A DNA stretch of 64,000 nucleotides from Eledone cirrhosa (GCA_964016885.1 OZ024742.1:172794001-172858000), one strand, 5' to 3'; counted from the stretch's first letter, positions 1 to 13,195 are shown. Numbers and translations: made by a program. Notes: generated from the sequence alone by a model not told the origin.

Positions 1-754
1 GCGGGTGTGTCTGGGGTGAGGGTGGGGCAACTTTTTAAAAGGACGCGGTTAATTGGTTTAACACAAGGATTACCCACGTCCCTAGGAAAGTTTTCGTTTA
101 AAGACTTATAGGTTTTCGTAGGGACCCTAATCGTCTTTAAATTAGGTTTGTCTACAAGGTTCGAAAAAGTTTTCCCTTCGGTTTTCACCGAAGGATCGGT
201 GAAGATGGCCTCCATTATAATTTTGTTTTTACTGTTTATTTATGTGTAATGTTCTTGTTGTGTTGCGGTGGTTTTTGCCTGTTGTTCTTATGACAGCTTT
301 CGTTTTGTTGTAGGTGTTTGTGTTTGGAGTGATGTCGTGGTTTTGTTCTTCGGGACGGCGGGTTTTTGTTTGTAATGTTTGAATTGTTTGTGTTGGTGGT
401 TGTACGTTTGTAGTGATGTTTGTCGTTTTGTTGTTCTTGTGGTGTCTTTTCTTCTTTCTTTTCGAACGGACAGGCTCTCCCTCATCGTCACTTGGTGATG
501 ATGAGGGGGCATCGTCCGTTGTGGTGTCTGTGTTATTTGGAAGGGGTATGTTTTGGGGAGCTATTGTGTTTGTGGGTGTTTTTGTAGTGGTTTTAGGTGG
601 AGTGGGGTTGGGTGGGAATGTGCTTTCAGGTTGGTTTGTTGTTCTTGTTTTGGTTATGTTTGCGTTTTGTTGTTAGATATATATATACATATATATATAT
701 ACATATATTAATGTATATAGATACATACATATATTTGATAAACTCTACAATAAT

Positions 755-928
<174 letters not shown>

Positions 929-1415
929 CTAGAAGAATATTTTATTATACATTGTTGCATTGTTCGATAATGATAATAAAGGAAAACGAAAATATTTTAA
1001 CAAGTCAAGAAAGTAACATAACCTACTGAAATAAAAATACTATTTTCTTGGATAAATATAATTGTAATTTTTATTTCTCATCCTATCACAAGTTTTGTAA
1101 AACTCAATCTGATATAAAAATAGAAGTTATTGAGAAATATATCTCTCTCCATAGAAATATCTTCACTAACAAAAAAGCATATGATAGGGCATACAATTGA
1201 ACTAGTTGAGTGGAATGTACTCAATTAAAGCAACACAAAGGACAGCAGAATCAACACCAACAATGGAAACATCAAATACAAACACAAGCAACAGCAGTAT
1301 CAACAATAATAACTACATTAACAACAACAATGACAATGGATGCAACAAACAACCAGAATTATAATAGTAGAACAAATATTTGCAATTTATCAGTACGTTT
1401 CGGATTATTAAGTAC

Positions 1416-1468
<53 letters not shown>

Positions 1469-1469
1469 T

Positions 1470-1530
<61 letters not shown>

Positions 1531-1561
1531 CTCCTTCTAATATATATATATATATATATAT

Positions 1562-2144
1562 AAATATAAGTATGTATACGTACATTCATATATGTATACA
1601 GACATACCGTAGTATGTATATATATACATACATGCACACATATATATATATATATATATATGTACGTATGGGTTTACCGAACATTTATTATAATAAATAT
1701 TCGGTAAACCCATACGTACATATATATGTGTGTGCATGTATGTATATATATACATGCTACTGTACGTCTGTATGCATATATGTATGTGCGTATACATACT
1801 TATATTTAAGTATCAGCCGTACTAAGGTAGAGAAATGAAATTTCGTTTCACTCTTTTCCATTTATCGTTTTCGGTAAGCCCGGCCAACAAACTCACTCGA
1901 TATGCAAATTTGACTGCTCAGCCGTTAATATGCATAAGGAAAGTATATACTTTCAAACGGTCAATCATCTGACAGGAAGGTATACGATGCTGACGATAGC
2001 TAATAAGCTTGAAACTAGTTCATCGTTCTTTTGTCAAAGTGGAACAAAAGGGCAACGGTGGTTACCGAACACTGTACGGCGTAATTCGGGCTGCTTGTTT
2101 ACAAACAAACGGAACATTATAATAAATGTTTGGTAAACCCATAC

Positions 2145-2181
<37 letters not shown>

Positions 2182-2585
2182 CATATATGTATATATATAC
2201 ATACTACTCTACGTCTGTATGCATATATGTATGTACGTATACATACGTATATTTAAGTATCATCCGTACTAAGAGTGAGAAATGAAATTCGTTTCATTCT
2301 TTTCTATTTATCGTTTTTGGTACGCCCGTCCGACTAACTCCCTCGATATGCAAATTAGGCTGCTCAGCCGTTAATATGCATGAGGAAAGTATACAGTAGT
2401 ATGTATATACATACATACAGGCACATATATCTATATATACGTATGGGTTTACCGAACATTTATTATAATGTTCGGTTTGTTTGTAAACAAACAGCCCGAA
2501 TTAAGCCGTACAGTGTTCGACAATCATCGTTGCCCTTTTGTTCAACACAGACAATAGAACGATGAACTAGTTTGTAGCTTACTAG
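1562..2585 (+). mobile_element. PLE terminal-repeat-like family A: tandem and inverted fragments containing a hammerhead
   Basis: Internal direct repeats (about 1700-1940 and 2130-2390) and inverted pieces (1562-1690, 2390-2585); HHR at 1984; (TA)n flank; same family at 59562-60220. Confidence 0.65.
1984..2026 (+). ncRNA. Minimal type-I hammerhead ribozyme (intact core)
   Basis: ACGAUG|CUGACGA|UAGC-UAAUAA-GCUU|GAAA|CUAG|UU|CAUCGU: 6-bp stem I, canonical CUGANGA and GAAA core, palindromic stem III ACUAGU, GUU cleavage triplet. Confidence 0.85.
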
Positions 2586-4380
2586 ACACACTATAAAACT
2601 ATCCTAATCTACTGCTATAAACATAGCACAAAATATAAATATAATTAATAATAGAAACTTAAATTTAAAACCTAACCAAACTAACCAAAATAGCAATAAT
2701 AATATCTCTAACAACAATATTCAGAATAATAGTACCGTTCTGAACAACAATAACTCCAGTAAATGTAATGGTAGAATCAAATGAAACTGTTCTTTACAAA
2801 ATAATTGTTTAGAAAAAAATGTAGTTTATATATGCAAAGTCAAAACTGAAAACGAAATGGTTAACTATGTTGGTGCCACTTCAACTAAATTTAAAGAACG
2901 CCGGATAACCATAATCATACATTTAAGAGATCTGATAAAAAATCTCCTACTTCACTTTCACATCTAATTTAGAATTTAAAAGACACCAATATAGACCATT
3001 CAATATCTTGGAGAACGATTTCATAAGCAGCTGCATGGCTTTATCAAGATTCTGTAAACTGTGTATCGAAGAAATTTTTTATATAATTAACTGTCAAAAC
3101 TCTATTAATCTCAGAACAGCATTATTTCCTCTTGCAGACATCGCCAAAGTTCCACGTTCAGAACTATTTTTAATTTCATAAAATTCCTCTACACCTTCAA
3201 AAAGATCCTAAAAAGTTAAATGTGAATTTTTTAAAAAATAGTTTTAATATTTTAAATATTTTTTTAATATGTTTAATATTTGTAAATTGTTTAATATCTC
3301 TAATATTTATATGTTTAATATATATATTTAATATTTTAATTCCGACATTATTTTTATTCTGACGTTATCTTTAATTCTGACATTATTTTTCTAAGGAACA
3401 TTTTTTTAGATGTAGATTGATAACTTTTAAATGACATTCTGAAAATTTATCTTCTTTACGAAAAGCACATCTTCGAAAAGCACATTACATTTTCCTCTCC
3501 CTTTTTGTTATTCAAACATTCACACATCTTTCGACTAAAATAATATATAATTTTCACTATATATTTTGGAGTAAATCACTCATCAAATTTAACGGTTAAC
3601 AAACACATGTTGAGTTTTCTTTCCTTTCTCAATCGTGCAAACATAAACATATCATGCCTGCTAATCTATTTAACTTCGCTAAATTAACAATATTCTGAAA
3701 ACATTTTCAATGTTCAACAACATTTTTTGAATCCAAAAATTGATCTACTCTCAGAACATAAACCACCTATGTTTAAGCAAAATACAAAATCAACTTCCTT
3801 CGTAACTCATATTTGATATTTGATATATAAACAACTAATAATTGTAAATAATCTCTATCTCTATAATACTAATACATACGCATCGTAATGTAATAAGATA
3901 CAAATACTTACAACCATTATTCTTCATATAATCAAATTGATTATATATACCATATTATAACTCATAATATATGTAAATAAATTTAAATTTAAACTCTGGA
4001 ATCATATTCTCCCTACCAAATTAACGGAAATGCTAGCTCTTCTTCCTTTTTCTTCTTACCTACGTATACAATAACTTATAATTATTTAAATTTTCCATTG
4101 CGTCTAATGTAACGTTTTTTTTTTCAGCACTTTTACCTAAAACTCATTTGCATACTCATCTTAATAATTAAAACATATCTGACTTTTCTTCTCTTATCCC
4201 TTCACTATCCAAGGAAAACTTGAACCGTTAAGGTATATTCCCCTTGGTTATGTCAAAATTTATGAAACACATTTTCGTATTTTATCTGATGATAACGTAC
4301 CAACATTTTGGTACCATGAAATATATATAATAGAATAAATATGGTTTTATAAATATAGTCTCCATTTATTTAATATCATT
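2586..4380 (+). mobile_element. 5'-truncated Penelope-like element (family B): GIY-YIG remnant, AT-rich 3' UTR and terminal HHR
   Basis: From about 2761 translates to KCNGRIK*NCSLQNNCLEKNVVYICKVKTENEMVNYVGATSTKFKER (Cys linker plus GIY-YIG motif), degraded; HHR at 4278; ends in (TA)n. Confidence 0.75.
4278..4337 (+). ncRNA. Minimal type-I hammerhead ribozyme (intact core)
   Basis: UAUUUUAU|CUGAUGA|uaac-GUACCA-acauuu-UGGUAC-cau|GAAA|UAUAUA|UA|AUAGAAUA: 8-bp stem I (one GU pair), palindromic stem III. Confidence 0.8.
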
Positions 4381-4395
4381 GTATATATGTTTATA

Positions 4396-4437
<42 letters not shown>

Positions 4438-4440
<3 letters not shown>

Positions 4441-4575
4441 CGAAGGAAATGTGGTAAGGAACCAGGTGGACCATAACGCACCAAAGTAATCAATACTTGG
4501 GGTAGTAGAGTGGGTAATAGGAACCAGTAAGACCCCGACGGCTGAGCTCAAGCCGTTTCGACGGCTAATTCTGCT
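4438..4575 (-). mobile_element. Solo terminal-repeat (pLTR) fragment of PLE family D
   Basis: Reverse complement of 6250-6385 and 9806-9940; flanked by (TA)n on both sides; contains the 3' half of the family-D HHR. Confidence 0.8.
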
Positions 4576-4640
4576 AATATATATATATATATATACAATA
4601 ACAGGAGGCTGGACTGGTGTAAATCGTTGAAAGGTTTATT

Positions 4641-4698
4641 ATACTATGATCATTTCAATGACCCGATTCCATATGAATCTGGTAATATCAACAGGTAT
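4641..4698 (-). ncRNA. Type-I hammerhead, family C left arm (core mutated to CUGUUGA)
   Basis: Minus strand: AUAC|CUGUUGA|stem II|GAAA|UGAUCA|UA|GUAU; palindromic stem III AUGAUCAU. Confidence 0.65.
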
Positions 4699-5947
4699 TC
4701 GAAATATAACAAAGGAATATGTAAAAACCATGGGTCCGAAAAATCAGAGTCAGAGAGGATGACAGACCAGCTGGCTGCTTTCACCTCGGCCAGTCGCCCT
4801 CAAATTGATGGTCAACTGGTCTGCTAATGACCATCTGGTGAGGGGGCGAAGGCTTATCATGTACTACCACCTCTACGTCAAAGAATATAAAAAGGGGAAG
4901 AAAGAAAGAAAGAAGAAAAAAGAAAGAAGTCAGCGTAAGTGTCACACTACAGTCATGCTAGAACACGCCGTGAAAAATGTTATTCGAAAAATCTATATTT
5001 TAACAAAGGCATATATAATGGCTGTCTGTATGGTCTAACGTGTGAACAGATAATTGAAACGATAAACTTATGCTACGAGTTATAGGATGAAATTAAATTA
5101 AAAAATAATAAATTGAAAAAAAAAAAAAAAAAAAAAAAAAGAAAATTAAAGGTTAAGGTAGCGAGATTTATTTAATGAACTTACAGAGAGAGTCTTATAT
5201 TAAAGAGTTAATGTCGATAAGATATCAGGGTGGGATATAGAGTACCGATTAAAGCCTTCGTTTGTGAATCCCAGCCAGAACCTCCTAACCACGTGTCAGC
5301 CAGCAGTTTCGAGTGGTATCGTCCAGCGAAAGAAATGGAAGTTAATTTTTCTGAGTACTCTAGGTATATAGCTCTACCTTAAGCCCCGGGTGTGCTAGCA
5401 ATCGAAGGCTTTAATATTTACTCTATATCCCACCCTGATATCTTATCGAGTTTGACTTTTTCATATAAGAATCTCTCTGTAAGTTCATTAAATAAATCTC
5501 GCCAGCTTAACCTTTAATTTTCTAATAATTTTTTTATTTATGTTTCAATTTATTATTTTTTAATTTAATTTCATCCTATAACTCGTAACATAAGTTTAAC
5601 GTTCCAATGTACTGTTCACATATTAGACCATACAGACACCCATTATATATGTCGTTGTTAAAATATAGATTCTTTCGAATAACATTTTTCACGGCGTTCT
5701 CTAGCATGACTGTAGTGTGACCCTTACGCTGAATTCTTTCTTTTTTTCTTCCCCTTTTTTATTCTTTGACGTAGAGGTGGTAGTACATTATAAGCCTTCG
5801 CCCCCTCACTAGATGGTCATTAGCAGACCGAGTAACCATCACCCTAATGGCGACTGGCCGAGGTGAAATCAGCTAGTTGTCAGTCGTCCTCTCTGTCTCT
5901 GATTTTTCGGACCCATGGCTTTTTCATATTCCTTTGTTATATTTCGA

Positions 5948-6008
5948 ATATCTGATGATATCACCGGATTCATATGGAACCCGGTCATTGAAATGTTGTT
6001 CAAAGTAT
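5948..6008 (+). ncRNA. Type-I hammerhead, family C right arm (core intact, stem III decayed)
   Basis: CUGAUGA at 5952-5958, stem II ACCGG...CCGGU, GAAA at 5990-5993. Confidence 0.65.
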
Positions 6009-6476
6009 AATCAATCTTTCAAGGATTTACACAAGTTCAGCCTCCTGTTATTTTAATTATAATTAACTCCGTATTCGCATCACCAACTACACAAACGCAA
6101 ACGGGTGAACTGCACTAGTTTAAGTACTCTCCACAATATTACACCAAGATTGACCATACGGAATGACTAATTCTATCCAGAGGTGCACCAACAAACATAA
6201 ATATATATATATATATATATATATCAGGATAAACATTTTCATTTAGTCCAGAATTAGCCGTCGAAACGGGCTTGAGCTCAGCCTTCGGGGTCCTACTCGT
6301 TCCTATTACCCACTCTACTACCCTAAGTATTGAGTACTTTGGTGCGTTATGGTCCACTTGGTTCCTTACCACATTTCCTTCGTTATCTAGCTCCTATTCC
6401 CGTAGTAGAGCACTTTCCAACCCTACCACGCCGTATCCAGACTTTTCCCCTAAGCTCAAGTTCTTTCACCCGCACC

Positions 6477-8602
6477 ATGCGAAAACACAACATCGACTTC
6501 TCTACCAAGAACATCTCAGTCCCACCGAAAAAAATTTACCTTCGGATGCTCACGCAAAAAATCGATCTATTTGCGAAAAGACTTAGATGGAGAACTTTTT
6601 TCTACGACAGATATTGCGACAATCAGGACTTCGGTACCAAGGAGAGATTCGGATTTGTTACCTACAAATCTCCCCCTCCGAACCCTATGCTCTCACCCTT
6701 CGAGAATGACCTTTTCCAACCGGTCAAGAACATTAAATTCAAACCCAGACACAACCGATTCCTACAGAAACTCTGTAGCAACTTAACAGAGTATGATAAC
6801 ACCAATGACATCATGGTGCACTCGGATAAAACTGGTAACCTCTACTTTGTCAACCCCAACAGATACCACACACTGATCAGGAGCAGCCTAAACTCCACCT
6901 ATAAAAAGGCTAACCACTCATGCATCGAGGACATAAATCGAGATGGACAACAAATTACCTCCAGCCTCGGGGTCGCCGACCATACGGAACCCCTAGTCCC
7001 ACGGACACCCTGCTTCACACTGAAGGACCACAAATCCGATTTCGACCGTAAACCTTCTATCAGGCTTATAAATCCTAGACCGCCTTATACCAAAAGTTAA
7101 GCAACACGCCAGACTTAGCCTATGGGTCAACACCCAGGAAGTAATCTCATGGTTCAGCAATATGGAGGAAAAACGAGACACTAAATTCATCCAGTTTGAC
7201 ATAGAGAGTTACTATGCTTCAATTACCTTACCGCTACTTACGGCTGCATTGGACTTCGCCGAAACACTTGTGCCAGGAAAGAAACATCATCCTCCACGCC
7301 AGGAAGACAGTCCTACTCCTCGACAACTCCAAATGGATAAAGAGAGCTCCCGACTCACCCTTCGACATCAGCATGGCCGCGACGGAATCGGCTGAGGTCA
7401 CAGATCTTATAGGATTATTCCTAATAGCCAAACTCACCGATATGTTTCCTGCATTCGGCGGTGGATTGTACCGTGATGATGGGCTCCTTACCCTTAAAGT
7501 GTACAACCCCAGTAGTACAGATCGGGTCCGTAACCAATTAATCAGCTTCTTCCGCGACTGGGGATTTAAAATAACCTTATAAACGTCCCTGATCCGAGTA
7601 AACTTCCTGGATATTACTCTTGACCTCGATAATGATCTGTACTACACATGCACGAAACCCAACGACAACCTGCACTACATCCACCTCCGGTCAAACCATC
7701 CTTGGAACATCACCAATAACCTGGTTAAAAACATCTCCCTCCGCATATCTCGTTTGTCCGCTAATGAGCAGATATTCGAGGTACATGCACCTTATTACAA
7801 CCAGGCTCTCAAGCGGAGTGGTTTCCGGGAGGAAATATCCTACTGTCCAGCTGCCATTAGCGGAACCAGCAGCCGACACCGCCACTCACGCAATGTAACA
7901 TGGTTCAATCCTCCCCACAACGCCGAGGTGACAACTCCTATCGGGAAAATCTTCTTTAGGCTCATTGAAAAACACTTCCCACTACAACACCGCTGCCACA
8001 ACATAATTAACAAAAATACCATCAAACTCACCTACAGCACCACACCAAACTTTGCACAAAACATTGTCTCCTCTAACAACAAAAAACTCAACCCCTATGG
8101 AAGAAATAAACTAAATAGCAGTGGAGAGCCGACCAGGAGGTGCAACTGTCCTGATGGATCCATTTTCCCCCACGACAACAGATGCAGAAATCGTAATGTG
8201 ATCTACCAGTGCGACGTGAGGACGGACACCTCCAACAAAGCTTATATAGGATTAACCGCATGTGACTTCAAGACCCGGCTATACCAACACAGATATCCCT
8301 TCCGAAAGCCGACCCGGTGTCACGCCACTACACTTTCGGCCCACCAATGGGACCTCAAGGATAACAATATTACCTATGATCTCACTTGAAGATTACTGTC
8401 CAGAGCCAACTCCTACACGGGGGGACGCCGTCCGTGCAATTTATGCTCGGAGGAAACTTTACAAATGCTATTTTCGACGGACGAACTCATAAACAAGAAA
8501 GATGAACTGGTAACTGCATGTAAACACAGATTGCGTAGGACTTACCTCGCCCTCAAACCCCATAACGACCCGGAGGGGGGGCGGGGGTAGACTAGGGCTA
8601 TA
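6477..8602 (+). pseudogene. PLE reverse transcriptase-GIY-YIG endonuclease ORF, broken by stops and frameshifts
   Basis: ORF pieces 6330-7100, 7162-7395, 7214-7582, 7754-8389: FIQFDIESYY (RT motif), GGLYRDDGL (YxDD), WFNPP, CNC..C..C linker, VIYQC..AYIG..FKTR (GIY-YIG), then RPCNLC..ELVTACKHR. Confidence 0.9.
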
Positions 8603-9750
8603 ACACCCCACTTACCGATTTTGTAATGGGTAACCCCTGCTTGCAAAGTTAGACGTAAGATCTTCTTTTATATCTTTTTATCGCTTCCTCTATACTTCCT
8701 TCTTCCCTCCATCCCTCCCTAGTCCTTCCACCCAAGTCCTCTTTCTTTGTCGTCGTCCTTTTCACATTATCGCCCACCCGAGGCAGCCCCTCGGTCCTTT
8801 GTAGCCTCAGTACCCCCACCACCTTCCCCTATTCTATGATAGAATTGGCCCACTCCGCTTTTTATAGCAGATGTGTTAAACCCCGGATACTTGCCTTCTT
8901 ATCCGATGGCTGCCCCTTTTCCGTGCTTTCTATATTTCTTAGTGGTATCTTTGCTTTAATTTCTCGTATATAAGTATTTTTTTGTGGGGGAGGGGGTATT
9001 CTGAATTAATTTTCCGTATCAAATTTTTCATATACTTCGTACGAGCATTTATGTAGTTTGCACTAGAATTTTTGTATCGTGGCGGCACCCTTAGAGTTAA
9101 TATTTATATTCTTTTTCGGGATTCTGAATTATTATTTCATATTAGTTTATTTTTTTTGCACTGGGTGGTTGCTGGCCTTGTGCCTGGGGTAGAAACCTTT
9201 ATTTCGTACTGGTCTCGGGACTCTGCATTATTATTTCGTGGTAGTTTCTTTAGTATTTTGGCCCCCCCACTTGTTGACCCGTCACCGTAAGATATATTCG
9301 GTTGTTTACTTATACCACTTAAAAGGGTCTCATTATAATTCCGTCCCACCTAGTAAACCTTTCTTTAGTCTAGCAGTACCAGTGAGAGACTTGATAGCTG
9401 TCCTTAGGTTATAGTAACCAGAAATTGTTGTTTTTTTTTTGTTTTGTTTTTTACATTTAATTATTTTTTAACATTCTCAGTATTTTCCTATATATTTACC
9501 CCATATTATTTTACTTATTGTTTCTACGTCCTCCCCCTCCCGATCCCTATTATACTTCTTTGACCTCCTGCCCAGCTGTAGTTGGCACTATCAACGCACG
9601 ACTGGGTTTCCTCCACCCCCTCTCCCTCTTTCTTCTACTGGCAGGTTCAGCTACCCCTTCCCTCCACAAATTGCCATGATAGAATTATGTGTCTCAACAA
9701 CAAACTTTTGACCAATCCTTGTGACAATCACTTTTACCATATATAGAATT

Positions 9751-9846
9751 ACCTCCTGAGAATCTCGGCTATTCATATACCAGTATAAAAATGTTCATTT
9801 AGTCCAGAATTAGCCGTCGAAACGGATTGAGCTCAACCGTCGGGGT
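9751..9846 (+). ncRNA. Type-I hammerhead with extended stem II (family D pLTR), core variant CUGAGAA
   Basis: ACCUC|CUGAGAA|..CGGCUAUUC..~30 nt..GAAUUAGCCG..|GAAA|CGG-AUUGAGCUCAA-CCG|UC|GGGGU; GUC triplet; stems I, II and III all pair. Confidence 0.65.
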
Positions 9847-9937
9847 CCTACTCGTTCCTATTACCCACTCTACTACCCTAAGTATTGAGTACTTTGGTGC
9901 GTTATGGTCCACCTGGCTCTTTACCACATTTCCTTCG

Positions 9938-9977
<40 letters not shown>

Positions 9978-10046
9978 AAAAAGAGATGAAATCGAAAATG
10001 CAAGTGGAGTCTTATTTTTTTTTAAATTATATATATTTATTTGGTT

Positions 10047-10084
10047 CCTTTACCGGTTTCGCAGTTCTTCTGCTTTTCAAAAGG
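10047..10084 (-). ncRNA. Minimal type-I hammerhead, degenerate core (mirror of 10153-10190)
   Basis: Exact reverse complement of 10153-10190. Confidence 0.6.
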
Positions 10085-10152
10085 TGAGTTGAGATGGAGG
10101 GTCTGTGGTTTTCTCACAGTGCGAAAAACCACAGACCCTCCATCTCAACTCA

Positions 10153-10190
10153 CCTTTTGAAAAGCAGAAGAACTGCGAAACCGGTAAAGG
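10153..10190 (+). ncRNA. Minimal type-I hammerhead, degenerate core (UUGAAAA in place of CUGANGA)
   Basis: CCUU|UUGAAAA|GCAG-AAGAA-CUGC|GAAA|CCGG|UA|AAGG; palindromic stem III ACCGGU. Confidence 0.6.
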
Positions 10191-10321
10191 AACCAAATAT
10201 ATATATATAATTTAAAAAAAAATGAGACTCCAGTTGCATTTTCGATTTCATCTCTTTTTCTTTATACTTTCACTCGTGTAGGACACCTCGGTTATTTTTC
10301 ATTTTGTAAAAAAAACCTAAC

Positions 10322-10429
<108 letters not shown>

Positions 10430-10444
10430 GTACTTATATATATA

Positions 10445-11552
10445 TTGTTTTACCTTAGTGGATCTTCAGCTCGTAATGGACATGGTCATATGGAACAGGA
10501 AGGACAACCGTACGAACGCGCATGCGCAGAAACCGGTAGCTTCACGCAGGCAATACTAAAATGCGTGCGAGAGGTGTAAGGCAGATAACTGCGAAAGTCC
10601 GAAAAGTTTTTAGTTGATAAGAAAATTATGATGTTGTTGTAATGATTCATTCCGGAGTTTGTAGTTATGCAAGAGGTGTTTCGAGACGTGTGGAAAACGT
10701 GTGAAAAATTCCTTTCTCGTGTTTAGGCAATCACTATTTCATAATCTCTTTAGAATATTTATTCGTTCATCAATATACATAGTCCACACGACGGAATTGT
10801 AGTTATGCAAGTAGACGAAAAGTAGACGAATAACAATAACTTTACAAGTACTTAACTGTATCTTCATGAAATAACAAGCATTCCAGGAATATTATCTGGC
10901 AGTTGACGACATTATTTCATTGTTCTCGCCTTCAATATCTCCGAACAGAATGTATGTAAGCATTTATTAGTATCAGTTAATCAAACATTAATAAATTACA
11001 TGTGCCGAACATTGCTCTTTGTCTTAACGTCAATGAATTTCTATAATAATCGTAATGATATTAATTACACTGCCGCATCAAAATGTTCTAGTGATTTATA
11101 AAATGCTTCATCACATTAACCCGGTTGTCGGTTTAAGATCCTTAATATTTTAGTCTTGATGAACTATTAAATAAGATACAAACATATGTACAGGCTGCAG
11201 AAAACCAGACAGTAATGAATTTTATATAATAAAATAATCAAGGTTGTACGAAATAAATTTTCGTCTACATGCATAACTACAAATCTCCGGATTGAATCAT
11301 TACAACAACATCATAATTTTCTTATCAACTAAAAACTTTTCGGACTTTCGCAGTTATCTCCCTTACACCTCTCGCAATCATTTTAGTACTGCCTGTGTTC
11401 GTACGGTTGTCCATTACGAGCTGAAGATCCGCTAAGGTGAAACAATTGTTCTCTGTATGGTGAACTAACTGTGGTTTAACCACTTCTACCTAACTCGTCC
11501 CATGGACTGAGTGCTCTACCACTACGGATATTACCTTCCAGTGTTCTACCAC
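10445..11552. mobile_element. Fold-back of PLE family F terminal repeat enclosing a captured ~440-bp segment
   Basis: Arms about 10445-10672 (-) and 11270-11445 (+) match the 3' end of the PLE at 62220-63763; spacer 10832-11268 is a copy of 19608-20046. Confidence 0.75.
11418..11453 (+). ncRNA. Minimal type-I hammerhead (family F, intact core)
   Basis: GAG|CUGAAGA|UCC-GCUAA-GGU|GAAA|CAAUUG|UU|CUC; palindromic stem III ACAAUUGU. Confidence 0.75.
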
Positions 11553-11659
11553 TATATATATATATATATAGCAATACTAATAAATTTGAAGACTAAAATC
11601 CAAAGAGGGCTCGATAGGAATAAGGATAAATATATATCAAATATATAAGAACCGTAGAA

Positions 11660-11749
11660 CAAATATTTATTAAAATAACAGATTAAAGTTTAAGCAAAGT
11701 TCAGGGTGAAAGCAGCAATTCTTTTCTTAAACTTTAATCTGTTATTTTA

Positions 11750-11757
<8 letters not shown>
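11660..11757. repeat. Short fold-back (arms of about 32 bp) between (TA)n tracts
   Basis: TATTTATTAAAATAACAGATTAAAGTTTAAG ... CTTAAACTTTAATCTGTTATTTTAATAAATA. Confidence 0.75.
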
Positions 11758-12351
<594 letters not shown>

Positions 12352-13154
12352 ATATAGAAATTAATGTGAGCAAGAAGCGAACAGTATTGCATAATATATA
12401 AGTGACTATAACGCCAAAATGGAAAATAATTAAGGTAAGATGTGGGAAAATATTTCAAACCAATTAAAAAAAAAATCAAGACAGAGATTTTATCCACAGA
12501 TTTTGTGAAATCTAGGGAAAAAACCAATTGAGTCTTAACTCAGAATAAAATAAAGTTTAAATACTCATCCTTCAATTTGGAAAAACTACAAATGCTCTAT
12601 ATAGTCTTAATAAGACTATTTCACGAAACTTTGCAGTGGGAATGGTCAGGGTGTAATGGTTCCCCAGAAGAGCTCAAACACGATAAGCCTAAGTCCCACT
12701 GCCAAAATATGCCCAAAAGGGAATTTAAAAGCAGGCTAGTTCACCTCATGCGTAATTATGAAAATAAACACACATGTATAGACATGGTTGGTGACGTCAG
12801 AATGAGACGAATGTCTATTTACAGAAAACAGCAGTCAAAAACATTCCGCAAAAACACTACAAAATGTAAGGAGTTCAGAAAAAAGCAATATCATCGCGTT
12901 TTCTTTTTTTAAAAAAGACCGGGATTAGTCACAAATAATTTAAAGCACTCTAGGAAAAATTCCGATAAAGCCAACAGTATTTCATAATATATAAGTGACT
13001 ATAACGTCATAATATACAAACATACATACATATGTAGAAACACATATACATACGTACATACATATGCAGAAACACATATCCAGTGTGCCCATCATTCTTT
13101 ACCAGTTTTAATCGATGAATGAATACATAATCAATTAGTCAGAAATTACAAATT

Positions 13155-13195
<41 letters not shown>

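Larger units (their letters stand above)
4597..6200. mobile_element. Large fold-back (arms about 4597-5260 and 5400-6052) of a PLE 3' end, family C
   Basis: The arms are diverged reverse complements (e.g. 4597 TAACAGGAGGCTG vs CAGCCTCCTGTTA near 6040); each arm has an HHR motif; (TA)n on both sides. Confidence 0.8.
6234..9940 (+). mobile_element. Near full-length Penelope-like element (family D) with direct pLTRs
   Basis: Direct terminal repeat at about 6240-6385 and 9795-9940; internal RT-GIY-YIG pseudo-ORF; (TA)n at both ends. Confidence 0.9.

Noticed and set aside
1-672. GT-rich region with ORFs 288-512 (-) and 413-676 (+); possibly a LINE ORF1 remnant on the minus strand
   Set aside because: Low complexity, no diagnostic motif, and cut by the window edge. 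The same applies to the GT-rich stretch at about 54000-54780.
1902-2355. Octamer ATGCAAAT twice, as a promoter element
   Set aside because: Both lie in duplicated copies of one repeat, and an 8-mer in AT-rich DNA is not significant.
8387-8389. In-frame TGA in the PLE ORF as selenocysteine (as in Naiad PLEs)
   Set aside because: The position is Trp (TGG) in the 22.6-kb copy, and the ORF has other stops and frameshifts, so this is ordinary decay.
12577-12912. 111-aa ORF with EFKSRL resembling a GIY-YIG helix, between short direct repeats (about 12380 and 12973)
   Set aside because: It may be a PLE relic, but the GIY and YIG motifs are not recognisable; support is insufficient.
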